Positions 1 to 12,150 of a stretch of 64,000 nucleotides of DNA are shown here, one piece after another. Position numbers and translations under genes: made by a program. Origin of the DNA: Mobula hypostoma (lineage: Eukaryota). Where the stretch lies: assembly GCF_963921235.1 (NCBI RefSeq), contig NC_086097.1, forward strand, positions 23,500,001 to 23,564,000. Direction: 5' to 3'. Each line of letters starts with the position of its first letter. Positions within the stretch are counted from its first letter, which is position 1. The notes under the pieces were generated by a model that saw only the letters and a program-made list of their open reading frames with translations, searched no databases and was not told where the DNA came from.

Positions 1-253
1 TCCGGACATTTCTGCCCCTCCATCTTCACTCCTTTTTCATTCTCCTCTCTGGCTCCCCTCTTACCACTTCTCTTTCCCTCACCTGCCTATCACCTCCCTC
101 TGGTCTAGTCCTCCTTTCCTTTCTCCCATGGTCCACCTTCCTCTCCTATCAGATTTCTTCTTCTTCAACCCTTCACCTTTTCCACCAATCAACTCCCAGT
201 TTCTCACTTTATCCCTCCCTTCCCCCATTAACCCACCTTTCCCCCTCACCTAG
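1..253 (+). mobile_element. Penelope-like element, pyrimidine-rich 3' UTR fragment
   Basis: Shares ccatggtccac..tcctctcctatcagatt..ttcttc with 9670-9720 and resembles the UTR after the GIY-YIG ORF at 61142-61437. Confidence 0.7.
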
Positions 254-499
254 ACATCCAGGTGATAAATGCTTCAATGCATGGTAAGTGTAGCATTCTT
301 ATTGGGACAAGTTGCATTTAAAATCACTTGACCTAGCTATAAGTGATACAAGGTTGTATGTGCTCATTAATAGCTTTAGCATTTTAATGTTGCATGTTTT
401 GTTTTCTTTAAATGCCGATTATTTGCATTTATTAACATTGCTGCCAACTACTTAACTAACCACTGTTATTATTTGCTTTCTGTTCTTTTGCTAACAAAG

Positions 500-526
500 T
501 TGTGTTGTCCAAGGCATATCTGCAAG
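500..526 (+). CDS. nrxn3: Neurexin alpha alternatively spliced microexon (splice site 6, AS6), 27 nt, VVLSKAYLQ
   Basis: ttttgctaacaaAG|TTGTGTTGTCCAAGGCATATCTGCAAG|GTagaa. Phase 1-1, reads (G)TT GTG TTG TCC AAG GCA TAT CTG CAA G = VVLSKAYLQ-G. This matches the 9-aa insert VAL(M/T)KADLQ that precedes GPSTTC in NRXN1/NRXN3, and it joins in frame to 18779. Paralogue assignment is tentative. Confidence 0.88.
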
Positions 527-1216
527 GTAGAAAATTATGTTTCATTCTAGATCTGACTGAACACTGCTGTGTGCAATTATTTGTGCCACTTGCTCAAACT
601 GGTTAATGCTTTTGTTTTCATTTTTATTTCTTCCAGTCCAACGTTAGCTCATTCATCAGTCAAAGATAATTAAGCAACATTAAGAGATAGATTTCTACAA
701 ATTTTGCCCAATGAATAGACCATTCCAATTCCTCTTGTCCACTCAAACTGCCGGAAGTCTGCAAATAACAGGGCTACTAATCCTATACAGGTTCTGCAAA
801 GGTCTGAATGGCAAGATATTGTTGTAACCATTTTTAAAAAAGTTTTATTAACATACAGCACAAAATAGGCCCTTTTGGGAATTTGAGCTAAGCCACCCAG
901 AAATCCCCCGATTTAATCCCAGCCATGGGACCACTTACAATGACTAATTAATCTACTAACGGCTTTGGACTGTGGGAGGAAACCAGAGCACCTGGAGAAA
1001 ACTCAGAAGTGAGAACACACAAAGTCCTTACACTCAACATCAGGAATTGAACCCATGCTGCCTGTACTGTAAAGCATTGTGCTACCCTCTACACAACTGT
1101 GCCATTCCCACAAAACCACTATGGAACATTGGAGTTAATGCCCAGCTTGAATGAACATGTATCCTAATCACACAAAAAAACAGGTTGTTTGTTTCCACCT
1201 CTGTTTCGTTTGAATA

Positions 1217-1460
1217 TCGTTGCACAGCGGTCAGAGCGGGTGTTCGCAACCTGGGGCCTACGGACCCATTGCTGAATGGTATTGGTCCATGGCATAAATA
1301 AAGGTTGGGAACCCCTCGGTTAATGTAAAGCTGTTACAGCGTCATCAGTCTGGGTTCAGTTCCAGCCGCTGTCTGTAAGGAGTTTCTAATGTCCTCTCCA
1401 TGACTGCCTGGGTTTCCTGCAGGTGCTCTGGTTTCCTCCCACATTCCAAAGATGTACATT
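1217..1460 (+). mobile_element. V-SINE, interrupted by a hAT MITE and by CR1s; 3' part continues at about 3421-3510
   Basis: V-domain-like gtaaggagttt...tgggtttcctgcaggtgctctggtttcctcccacattccaaaga. Resumes with ggttaattggtcacatggg at about 3430. Confidence 0.7.
1236..1318. mobile_element. About 80-bp hAT (Buster-type) MITE, decayed copy
   Basis: Ends resemble caggggttcccaacc ... ggttgggaacccct. Same family as 23141 and 29986. Confidence 0.7.
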
Positions 1461-1467
1461 ATGTGTT

Positions 1468-3420
1468 CCATAAGACCATAAGGTATAGGAGCAGAATGAG
1501 GCTATTTTGCCCATCAATTCTGCTCCACCATTTCATCATGGCTGATCCAATTTTCCTCTCACCCCAAATCTCCTGCCTTCTCCCCATATCCCTTCATGCC
1601 CTGACCAATCAAGATTCCATCAGCCTCTGCTTTAAATATACATAAAGACTTGGCCTTCACAGCTGCCTGTGGCAATGAATTCCACAATTTCACCTCTCAC
1701 TGGCTAAAGAAATTCCTCCTTATCTCCATTCTAAAAGGACACCCCTCTATTCCAAGGCTGAGTCCTCTGGTATTATACTTCCCCACCATACAAAACATCC
1801 TCTCTACATCCACTCTATCAAAGCCTTTCACCATTTGATAGATTTCAATGAGGTCACCCCCCATTTTTCTGAATTCTAGTGAATACAGGCCCAGAGCGTG
1901 GAAACCATAGAAAGGGTGCAGAGGAGATTTACAAGGATGTTGCCTGGACTGGAGAGCATGCCTTATGAGAATAGGTTGAGTAAACTTGGCCTTTTCTCCA
2001 TGGAGCAATGGACGATGAGAGGTGACCTGACAGAGGTGTATAAGAGGCATTGATCGTGTGGATAGTCAGAGACTTTTCCCCAGGGCTGAAATGGCTAGCA
2101 CGAGAGGGCATAGTTTTGAGGTGCTTGGAAGTAGGTATAGAGGAGATGTCAGGGGTGAGTTTTTACGCAGAGAGTGGTGAGTGCGTAGAATAGGCTGCCG
2201 GCGGCAGTGGTGGAGGCGGAAACAACAGGGTCTTTTAAGAGACTCCTGGATGGATACATGGAGCTTAGAAAAATAGAGGACTATGGGTAAGCCTAGGTAG
2301 TACTAAGGTAAGGACATGTTCGGCACAGCTTTGTGGGTCGAAGGGCCTGTATTGTGCTGTAGGTTTTCTATGTTTTTATGTTTCTAGAGCCATTAAACAC
2401 TCTTCATATGACAAGCCATTCAATCCTGGAATCGTTTTCATGTACCTCCTTTGAACGTTCTCCTTTCTGTCACATCCTTTCAAAGATAAGGGGCCCAAAA
2501 CTGATCACAACATTCCAAGTGAAGCCTCACCAGAGCTTTATAAAGCCTCAACATTACATCCTTGCTTTTCTATTCTAGTCTTCTTGAAATGAATGCTAAC
2601 ATTGCATTGACAACTCAACCTGCAAATTAACCTTTAGAGAATCCTGCTCAAGGACTCGCAAGTAACTTTGTACCTGTTTTTTGTATTTTCTCTCAATTTA
2701 AAAAATAGTCAATCCTTTCATTTCTTCTGCCAAAGTGCATGACCATACACTTCCCAACACTATATTCCATCTGCCATTTCTTTTCCCATTTTCCTGATCT
2801 ATCCAAGTTCTTCTGCAGTCTCTCTACTTCCTCAAATCTACATGCCTCTCCACCTATCTTCATAATCATCTTCAAACTTTGCAACAAAGCCATCAATTCC
2901 ATCATCCATATCTTTGACATATAACATAAAACAACTGGTCCCAACACAGCCCCCTGTGGAACACCACTAGTCACCGGCAGCCAACCAGAAAAGGCTCCCT
3001 TTATTCCCACCTCTTGCCAATCAGCCATTGCTTTATCCATGCTTGAACCTTTCCTGTAATACCATGGGCTCATAGTTTGTTAAATAGCCTTATGTGTATC
3101 ACCTTGTCAAAGGTGTGTCTATCCTGCTTGTTATTTCTTCAAAGAATTCCAGCAAATTTGTCCGGCAAGATTTTCCCTTGAGGAAATGATACCGACTATG
3201 GTCTATCTTATCATGTGCCTCCAAATACCCTAAGATTTCATTCTTAATTATCGACCATAATATCTTCCCAACCTCTATAGTTTCCTTTTTTCTGCCTACC
3301 CCCCCCCCCTTGAAGAGTGGAGTGATATTCGCAATTTTCCGGTCTTTAGGAAACATTCCAGAATCTAGTGATTCTTGAAAGATCATTACTAATGCCTCTA
3401 TGATCTCCTCAGCCACCTCA
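1468..3420 (-). mobile_element. CR1 LINE 3' part (degenerate RT), interrupted by a + strand CR1
   Basis: Minus-strand ORFs give VTSGVPQGAVLGP, KCMVMHFGRRN, FLKGKSCRTNLLEFFEEIT and RRNFFSQ, all typical of CR1 ORF2. Confidence 0.9.
1897..2384 (+). mobile_element. CR1 LINE 3' fragment nested in the minus-strand CR1
   Basis: Encodes RVQRRFTRMLPGLE, ends in a tttctatg repeat tail, with agagc on both flanks. Confidence 0.85.
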
Positions 3421-3974
3421 TTCCATCATAGGTTAATTGGTCACATGGGTATAATGGGGTGATTCTGGCTGGGGCGAGAAAGGTCTGTTACCATGCTGTA
3501 CCTCTAAATTAAAACTAAATTAAAACGGAATAGATAAATGCACATCTGGTGGTCGCTGTGAAAATACATCTGGGGATATTTCTTCAAAATCTGCAATAAC
3601 TGCATAGAGCTGTTGAAATCATTAACAACAAAAACTGATAACACATACAATTAGCTTTAAGTTCTATTCCCTGTTATTTTAATTGCATCAATTTTAATGT
3701 TAAGTCTGCATAATCAGGTTTAGACTTTAAATAGCAAATTATTTTAACAGGGTAATACATGCATCACCTCTTCACATTGCTACCATCAAAGAGGTGGTGC
3801 AGGAGCCTAAAGACACATACACTCAATACTCTGAGTACAGTTTCTTTCTCTTCACCATCAGATGTCTGAATGGGCAATATGCCCATGAACACTACCTCAC
3901 TATTTTTTATGCTCTCTTTTTTCATTATAATGTATTACACTGTACTGCTGCCACAAAACAACATATTTCATTAC

Positions 3975-4215
3975 AACACACACAAAATGCTGGAGGAACT
4001 CAGCAGGTCAGGGAGCTTCGATGAAAAAGAGTAAGCGGTTGATGTTTCGGACTGAGACCATTTTTCAGGAAGAAGTGTCCTGAAGAAGGGTCTTGGCCTG
4101 AAACATCAAGCGTTCACTCTTTTCCAATGATGCTGCCTGACCCGCTGAGTTCCTCGAATCTTTTTATGTGTGTTGCTTTGGATTTCCAGCATCTGTAGAC
4201 TTTCTTGTGTTTGAA
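3975..4215. mobile_element. Inverted pair of Penelope terminal units, each with a decayed hammerhead
   Basis: About 3975-4070 (minus) is the approximate reverse complement of about 4078-4175 (plus). The plus copy has CTGAAGA AGGG TCTTGG CCT GAAA CATC. Confidence 0.8.
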
Positions 4216-4613
4216 ATTTTACGACATACACAGTGATATTAAACCTGATTCTAATTCTGATCTTTAAATCACATGAAGCTATCTCAATTCTCATTGTCCA
4301 GAGCAAGAAGAACCTTGTTACTTAACCCCATCTCTTAGATTGTTTCTTGCACTGTTTGAGAGAGGACTTTTTCCATATCCATAGGCCCATCCATGTCCCA
4401 GTTTTAATCTTTCTTTGCTGGAGCGCATTTTCATAGATACCAAAGAAATTTTGAAATCCCGTGCAAATGAAGACATCCTTGGTTACTTAAACGGTAGATC
4501 TATTTTCAACTTCGGATCACTTGAAGACTGGTTATAAATGGGAATGCAGTATTACTATTGTAGGATATACTGTAAAGAATTTCTCCAAAGGAAAGACCTG
4601 TGTTTTAGTAATA

Positions 4614-5299
4614 CAGGTTGAGTACCCCTTCTCTGAAATTCAAAAATTCAAAAGTCTCTAAAATCTGAATTTCTTTTGGGCACTGACAAGATGTCACAAT
4701 GGAAATTTCCACAAGGCGCTGGGAAGGTTCCTAGGTAATACCCAGGTCACTGCACCACAGACAATTCTGAGAGAGTGACCTCACATACGTAAGAAACAAG
4801 AGTTCATGAGAAATAGAAATGCACCGCATAAAGCGGAAAATGAAGGTCTCGATCGTGAATTGAAAGAGTGGGTTCGTCAGCATTGGAGTGAACATATGCC
4901 GCATAACGATATGCTGATCATGAAACAAGCAAATATCTATCACAACAAACTGAAAATTGAAGGTAATTGCGAATACTCAGCAAGCTGCTTGCAGAAATTT
5001 AAGAAAAAGCACAGCATTAAACTTTTTAAGATTTGTGGTTGCTGTTCACAAAGCAGAGAAATTGAAATTGTTTGTTGAGTTTGCCAAGATTGTCGCTGAT
5101 GAAAATTTAACACTCTGTTTGTCTACATCAGTACATAGGTGTGACGATGAAGTGTAAGATACAGACTGCTTACTGGTAGGACCTAAATTCAGAGTTGGAA
5201 ATGATGGCGATCCCAAACTATCTCTCGTTATATATTCCAAAATCTGAAATCTGAAGCACTTTCAGCACCAAGCATTTCGGATAAGGGATACTCAATCTG
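4614..5299 (+). mobile_element. pogo/Tigger-type DNA transposon, internally deleted
   Basis: TA|CAGGTTGAGTACCCCTT ... AAGGGATACTCAATCTG|TA TIRs with TA TSD. ORF 4806-5078 resembles a CENP-B-type HTH (LDRELKEWVRQ...LQKFKKKHSI). Confidence 0.85.
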
Positions 5300-5769
5300 T
5301 ATTGATAGGGCAGTGGAGATAACTCCCCCACTCTTTTCTGAAGCTGTTCCTGTGGAACTTCTCGCACGAATGTTTCCTGTTTCAATGTTTCACCTAAAAA
5401 AAACACAATGTCCCGGTGAGCAACGGAAGTTAGGTAAATTCCAGAAATAGAACAAATATGTAACTTCAGGATTTGGAAGTGAAAGTTCAGCTTTTCACCA
5501 GTGAAATCCATCTCAGCTGGACCCTGTTGTTATCTGTCACAAACCCAAGAATAATTTCAAGGGTAGATTACTGATTGCAAACCAAGAGATGGAGATTTGT
5601 TACTGGCTAACAGTGCATAACAAACTGGAACAGTGTTTTTTTAGAGTTGTTTGATCTGCATTCATTTGGACAGGGGCAGAGTATTCCATCACACCCCTGA
5701 CTTGTGCCCTGTAGAGTGTAGTGAAGATGTTAATTTATCTTTCAAGACTTGACTTAGTGATGGTGCCTC

Positions 5770-6030
5770 TGAGTCAGAACGTCTGTCTCCAGAGATGGCA
5801 AGGCATTATCAAGGTTGACACTCTATTATGGAATTGCGGGACTGCTTCACTGTCAGAGCTGACATTTTTCAAATGAGGTGTTGAACCATTAAATTCAGAC
5901 ACTCTTCTCTTGATATCCACTTTCATTGGATAGCCAGTTCTGTAATGCTTGCTTAAACCTGCCAATCAAAGCTGAATTTCTAACCCCAGGACTGTAAATC
6001 CCAGTAGCTGTTTGTTCACATTGTGGTATC
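5770..6030 (+). mobile_element. Ancient Deu-domain SINE, degenerate
   Basis: ggttgacactct...gactgcttcactgtcagagctgacatttttcaaatgaggtgttgaacc resembles the Deu-domain consensus (ggctgacactccagtgcagtactgagggagtgctgcactgtcggagg...gatgagacgttaaacc). Confidence 0.5.
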
Positions 6031-6201
6031 ATTACCACCTTGGCTGTAATCCAGGACAGGTGTTTCTTGCTCCCTTCCCTCTCCCTTCCCTTTTTCCCAA
6101 CCATGATTCTCCCTGCCTGCCCCATTCCCACTATCAGAATCACTCACATATGTCATGAATGTTTTTTTAATGGCAGCAGTGCAGTGCAATGCAAAGGATT
6201 A

Positions 6202-6277
6202 CGACAATACTGTGCAAGAGTCTTGGGCATCCAAATTATATTTGTATATGTTCCGAAGACTTTTGCAAAGTACTGTA
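6202..6277. mobile_element. Short Tc1-family MITE (TIRs only)
   Basis: caatactgtgcaagagtcttggg ... ccgaagacttttgcaaagtactgta inverted termini, the same TIR type as the element at 12815-13237. Confidence 0.6.
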
Positions 6278-7619
6278 TTTTTAACATTGGAGCAATAAAA
6301 TTGCAAGAGTTCATTCCAAATACTATATGATGTAATTGGTGTATTGTTACCACACAAACCACACATATGCGGACTGTGAGGATTATATTATGATAAGAGA
6401 CTGTCCAAAATAGACATTTTTCCCTTGGAAAGAAGTACAGGCAGTGATCTTTAAAATGAGAGGGAGTGATGGGATAGTTAGGAATAAACTTTTTCTTTAG
6501 TGAAGTCTGAAAATAGGACAAACTTACCCAAAAGTAGAAGCCAGGCTATGCAGGGACAAATACTGAAGGAATTTGTTGAAGGTTGGAACTCTTCTGCAAA
6601 TGGCAAATGATCTTGACTGAATAATTGATAGTAAGTCTGAAACTGATAGATTTGTTGTCTGTTGATGTTCACTGTTGGGAAAAAAGGAAGTACATAGAGT
6701 TAGATGACAGGTAACTTGTAATCTCATTAAAAGTCAAGATGGACTGAAGGGTTAAATGCGTTTCTCATGCTCCCATGTCTATATGTTAAAAACAAACAAA
6801 TATCTGCAATCTCCTTTCAGTTCTGAGCTACCTTTGACATTTCTTTCAAAGCCCCTTTCAGCCAGCTCACCAGCAGTAATGTCATAATGGCCAGATAATC
6901 TACTTTCTCATTTATAATTTAATTCTTGCCAGGAGACCAGGGAAAGCTCTTCCTGCCCTCCACTGGAAGAATGACGGCCTTTTGGCACCTAACCGAGAAG
7001 ACAGGTCTTATAGTTCGATATTGATAACTTTGTAGATTGATTCGGCTTGCTGGAGTACCTGAAGGGCTAATTGCTGTTCTTCAACAACACAGAGGCCATT
7101 CAGCCCCTCAAGTTGGTTCCACCATTCCAATGGGTCATGATTGGTTTATATTTTAATTCCCATTTCAGAAGCAAAATCAAGTTTATTATGACTGACATAC
7201 AGTATGTCGTGACATTTGTTTTGTGGCACTCTTGTCCCTGTGTACTGTGACTTTTACCTTTGCCTGACAAAGCGCTATCGACATTTTTAAAGCATTCAAT
7301 GGATTTGGGGAAACCGTCACAGATTTACACTGTCCTTTCCTTATTTCTTCAAAAATTTAGTACTAATTTTATGGTTTTGCGCCTGACTATGAATCAAAGA
7401 CTTCAATAAACCTATTTCTTATGCATTTGGAAAAAGAGATAGATATTCAAAAATTTCAAGCAAAGCTGCAGGTAAATATATCAACAAGCAGACTGTGAAT
7501 TGAGAATTCAGGTGAAAAATTTAAGGAGATATGCAGCTGCTGCCTGTTCTGCTCTCCCAGGGTCAATTGTTGAAGAATGTTAAGGTCGGGGATAAAAAGT
7601 CGAACTTGAAAAGACCCAG

Positions 7620-8200
7620 TAACACTAATAAAATGTGGAGAGACTCAGCATGTCAGACAGCTTCTATGGAGGGGAATAAAGTGCTGATGTTTCAGGCCGA
7701 GATCCTTCATGAGGGCTGGAAACGATGAGGGGAAGAAGCCAAAATAAAAAGGTGGGGGCAGGGGAAGGAGTACAAGCTGCCAGGTGAATGGGTATTGGGG
7801 GGGAATGAAATGAAAAGCTGGGAGGAGGTGGGTGGAAAATGTAAAAGGATGAAGAAGAAGGAATCTGGTAGGAGAGGAGACTGGACAATGTGAGGAAGGG
7901 AAGGAAGAGGGGCACCAGAGGTAGGTGAGAGGCTGTTGAGGAGAAGAGAAAGGGTAAGAGGGGGAGACAGAATGGGATATGGAAAAAGAGATAAGGGGGG
8001 AAAGGGAGAAATTAGCAGAAGATGGAGAAATCTATGTTCTTCCATCAGATTATAGGCTACATAGATGGAATATGAGCTGTTGTTCCTCCAATCTGAGAAT
8101 GGCATCGTAGCAGAAGTGGAGGCCATGGACCGACCTGTTGTAATAGGAATAGGGAGAGGACTTAAAATGGCTGACCACTGGGAAAACCTCCCAGTTGCGG
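7620..8200 (-). mobile_element. Penelope-like 3' fragment (end of GIY-YIG, UTR, decayed hammerhead)
   Basis: Minus strand shows remnants of ...RLEEQQLIFHLCSL.., a pyrimidine-rich UTR and CTCATGAAGGATCTCGGCCTGAAACATC. Confidence 0.8.
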
Positions 8201-8629
8201 ACAGACGAAGAATTACTCATTCAGAGTAAGTGGTGTACATCAATTAGAGACTGTTACTTTGTTCAATAAAGCCAACGAAGATGAAGAGCTCTAGGTTTTC
8301 CATTAAATGCAAGTCAAATCCACATTACTCGATATCACCTTACAGACTTTCACTCGTTCATATACAACAGGACAGCTGCCACATAACTTCTCTGTTTGAA
8401 CACCTTTTTCCACAAAGATTTCTGAAGTACCTTTGACATTCTGTTATTTCCTTTCGCCTTTCCCAATCAGGGCTTAGCATAGCAACTCTATGAAAGACAG
8501 ATCATCAGCTGACAGCTACCAACAACTTTAAATTGGGGCTATTAAAACTAGTGTGCAAAGCTGCATAGGTGCATTTGGTCAGCAGTGAATGAGGAAAATA
8601 AGGAGCGAAAAAAGAAAGCATAAAATTTT

Positions 8630-9160
8630 GTCCTGTGCCAGTGGTGTTCAGGACCAGTGGGCAAAGGTTTATGGTGAGCAGTGAGAGATTTCAAGGGGAT
8701 TTGAGGATGAACGTCTTCACCCATAGAGTGGTTGTAAGCTGGAACGCATTGCCGGAAAAATGGTGGAAGCAGCCACTCACATAACACTTATGAAGTTTCC
8801 CATCAAGTACTTGAATTGCTAAGATAGTGATATATGTGTTCAGTTCTGGTCACCTTATTATAGGAAGGGTTTGGAGAGGATGCAGAAGAGATTTACCACA
8901 AGGCTGGCTGGATTACAGAGCATGACTTATGATGTAAGGTTAAGTGAGCTTGGACTTTTCTCTTTGGCGTGAAGGAGGATGAGAGGTGACTTGACTGAGG
9001 TGGATAAGATTAGGAGAGGTATAGACAGAGTTGGACAACCAAAATATATTCTATATAGTAGGCTGTGGACCAAAAGCTAGTCAATGGGATTTGCGTTGAG
9101 TGGTGGTCATCGTTGGACATGATGGACTGAATGGTCTTTTTCCATACTGTTTGACTGTAA
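8630..9160 (+). mobile_element. CR1 3' fragments
   Basis: gtgttcagttctggtcaccttattataggaag...gatgcagaagagatttacc (CVQFWSPYYRK). Confidence 0.75.
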
Positions 9161-9444
9161 ATGAAACAGAATGTTTTGATTCTTTATGTAATCCCAAGGT
9201 CATCATTAACGATCAGGAATTCAAATCACATTTGATAGATGGAGGAACTAGATTCAATTAATTTGATAGGATTATATTAAGAAAAAGTATGAGTGATTGT
9301 GAAATTGTCAGACTGTTGTGTCAAAATCCATTTTAAAGAAGGAAGCCTCCTTGTCCTGTAACTCCAGACTCTCAGCAATCTGGTTTTAATTGCCCTGTAC
9401 GAAGGTCAAGCAAGCTACTCACTTCAAGGTAGTTAGGTATAGAT

Positions 9445-9975
9445 GTTGTCTTCCCCTCCACCTCCTTTAAATTGATGATGAAACAAAGGCCACTCTCAGG
9501 TTGGAAGAGCAACTCCTCATATTATAACGGCATGAACATTGACTTCTCTAATTTCCAGTAATTTCTTCCCCCTTCCTTTCTTTTCCCAACTCCATTATGG
9601 CTCTCTTCTCATCTCGTCTCTGCTCCTTACTTGCCTGTCTCCTCCCTCTGGTGCCCCTCGTTCTTCCCTTTCTTCCATGGTCCACTCTCCTCTCCTATCA
9701 GATTCCTTCTTACTCAGCCCTTTACCATTTCCACCTAGCACCTCCCAGCTTCTCACTTCATCTCTCCTCCTCCACTCTCCCACCTCATCCTCACTTGGTC
9801 TCACCCATCACCTGCCAGTTTGTGCCCCTCCCCCTCCCCCCCAACTTTTTATTCTGGATTCTTCCGCCTTCCTTTCCAGCCCTGATGGAGGATCTCAGCC
9901 CGACACGTCAACTGATTATTCTTCTTTATCGAAGCTGCCTGATCTGCTGACTTCCTCCAGCATTTTTGTGTGTGT
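9445..9975 (+). mobile_element. Penelope-like 3' fragment
   Basis: aaggccactctcaggttggaagagcaactcctcata...ggcatgaacattgacttctctaatttc aligns with 61048-61141. Decayed hammerhead at about 9878-9913. Confidence 0.8.
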
Positions 9976-11449
9976 TATCAACATTGTTGAAGTATATGTT
10001 TTATTTGCAATACCGTCTGGGTTCATCTTACAAAATATAATGAACCAATGTAGCAGCTCTCCAAAATGGTGACTAATGAGTTGTTTTCTGCAAGAACTAG
10101 TGTTGTGACTTAGTGACCCTTCCTTCCATCATTATGTGAGATGCAGGTTAATTGAGGTTAGCCAAAGAGCTTCTACCCAGCCAGCATTGCTGTGATATCA
10201 ACAGCATTTAGGATAAATTATGCAGTGATTGAAACGATGTCAAACTGGATGTCAACCAATTCCATCGCAGGAGAATAGTAATAGGAAACTTGATAATTAC
10301 ATCTCGTTATTTTTTTAGAATCGATCCTCTGGTATCCCTATCTGAGGTCCTATTAATTGTGGAAGAAGTAGTAACAGTAAATTAGTAACTATTAGCTCTT
10401 AGAATGATATTGATGCCATGGTAACATCTCTTCATTGTAACTACATACATATTGACAGACATTGTCTGGATCCAATGATGGTTTAATTGCATGATTTGCA
10501 TAACTTAGTTTATTTTAATTTAAAGAGTTTCCTCAGTTGTTTGTCAGGTGATGAGTGTTAATTGCCTGAGCTAAAAAGTTCAAGGACTAATTTTACTTTC
10601 ATTCAATTATGGGCTTTGCTGACAAGACCAGCATGTATTGCTAATTCCCTGTTACCCTTGAACTGGAGCCATTTAAGGTCTGAGCCATTGCTGTGGGTCT
10701 GAGCTCTCAGACAAGACAGATTGAGTAAATTCAATACCAATGGCCTCCCTGAATGGACTAACCTCTTCCCTGAAAAGACCAACCTCCTCCTCCAAGTGGC
10801 GATTGAAATATCTGTATGACACTGTTGTCACAAATGGATTAATTTCTGAGTTATGCAGTGTTGGATAATCCTGACCACCCCAATGATGAAGTGAACTAAC
10901 AGACTTTGAGCCAACATTGCTGCAAGGAAACTTTCATTTCCAGTCTCGATCAAAAGGCAATAGTTTGCATATTTGGGAGGGCACATTGAATGATCAACGC
11001 TATCTTCCCTTTGGAACTAGTTACTAACTCCAAGGTCTAGGCCTCAATACCTCCCTGAGCAACCATATATTACATCCAGATCCATTTTCTTGCAGGGATT
11101 CACAGTAGAACAGAGAAATACAAGTCAATGAAAACCTGCACATAAGCAAGGACTAACAAACAGCCAATGTGCAAAAGAAGGCATCTGTGAAAATAAAACA
11201 ATAAAAAAAATACTGAGAACATGAATTGCAGAATCCTTGAAAGTGAGTCCATAGGTTATTACCCTTCAAATATCAGGCTCCTGAACTGATGTGGATAACT
11301 TCACTCAGCTTAGCGTTGAAGTGATTCCACAACCTACAGACTCACATTCAATGATTCTACAATTCATGTTCTCAGTATATTTAATTATTTTATTGTATTT
11401 ACAAAATTTGTCTTTCACTCATTGGTTGTCAGTCTTTATGTAAAATTCT

Positions 11450-12150
11450 TGTGCTCAGTTCTGGCTGTCTGATTATGGGAGAATGCAGAAACTTTAGAGA
11501 GGGTGCAGTGGAGATTTACTAAAATGCTGCCTGGATTTGAAAGCATGTCTTATTGAGGATTGGTTGAGCAAACTAGAGCTCTTCTTTTTGGAAAGGAGGA
11601 TGAAAGGTGACTTGATGAGGTGTACAAGATGATGAGAGGCATAGACGGAGTGGATAGATTGGCTTTTTCCCATAGCAGATATGTCTAAGATGAGGGGCCA
11701 TAATTTTAAGGTGAATGGAGAAAAGTATAGTGGGGATATCAGAGGTAAATTCTTTTCACAGATAGCAATAGTTATGTGAAATGCCCTTCCAAGGGTATGA
11801 TAGAGGTGGATACATTAGGGACATTTAGATGGGTTCATGTATATAAAAATGAAGGGGTATGTACTGTAGGAGGGAAGGGTTAGATTGATCATAGAGTAGG
11901 TGAAAAGGTTGGCACAACATTGTGGGCCGAAGGGCCTGTACTCTGCTGTAATGTTCTATGTTCTTGATAAATTCTAATGTATTTTTTTTTGTGATGAATG
12001 TCTGCAAGAAAACATGGCATCAAAGGTTATAGGGAGAAGGCCGGGAAATGGGGTAGAGGAGGAGATAAAAGAAAAGGATCAGCCATGATTGAATGGCGGA
12101 GCAGACTCGATGGGCCGGATGACCTAATTCTGCTCCGATGTCTTATGGTC
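11450..12150 (+). mobile_element. CR1 3' fragments
   Basis: ttgtgctcagttctgg...gagagggtgcagtggagatttact. A second 3' end ends tcttatggtcta. Confidence 0.75.

Noticed and set aside
4806..5157. JRKL/TIGD-like host gene
   Set aside because: Short frameshifted fragment between TIRs with a TA TSD.
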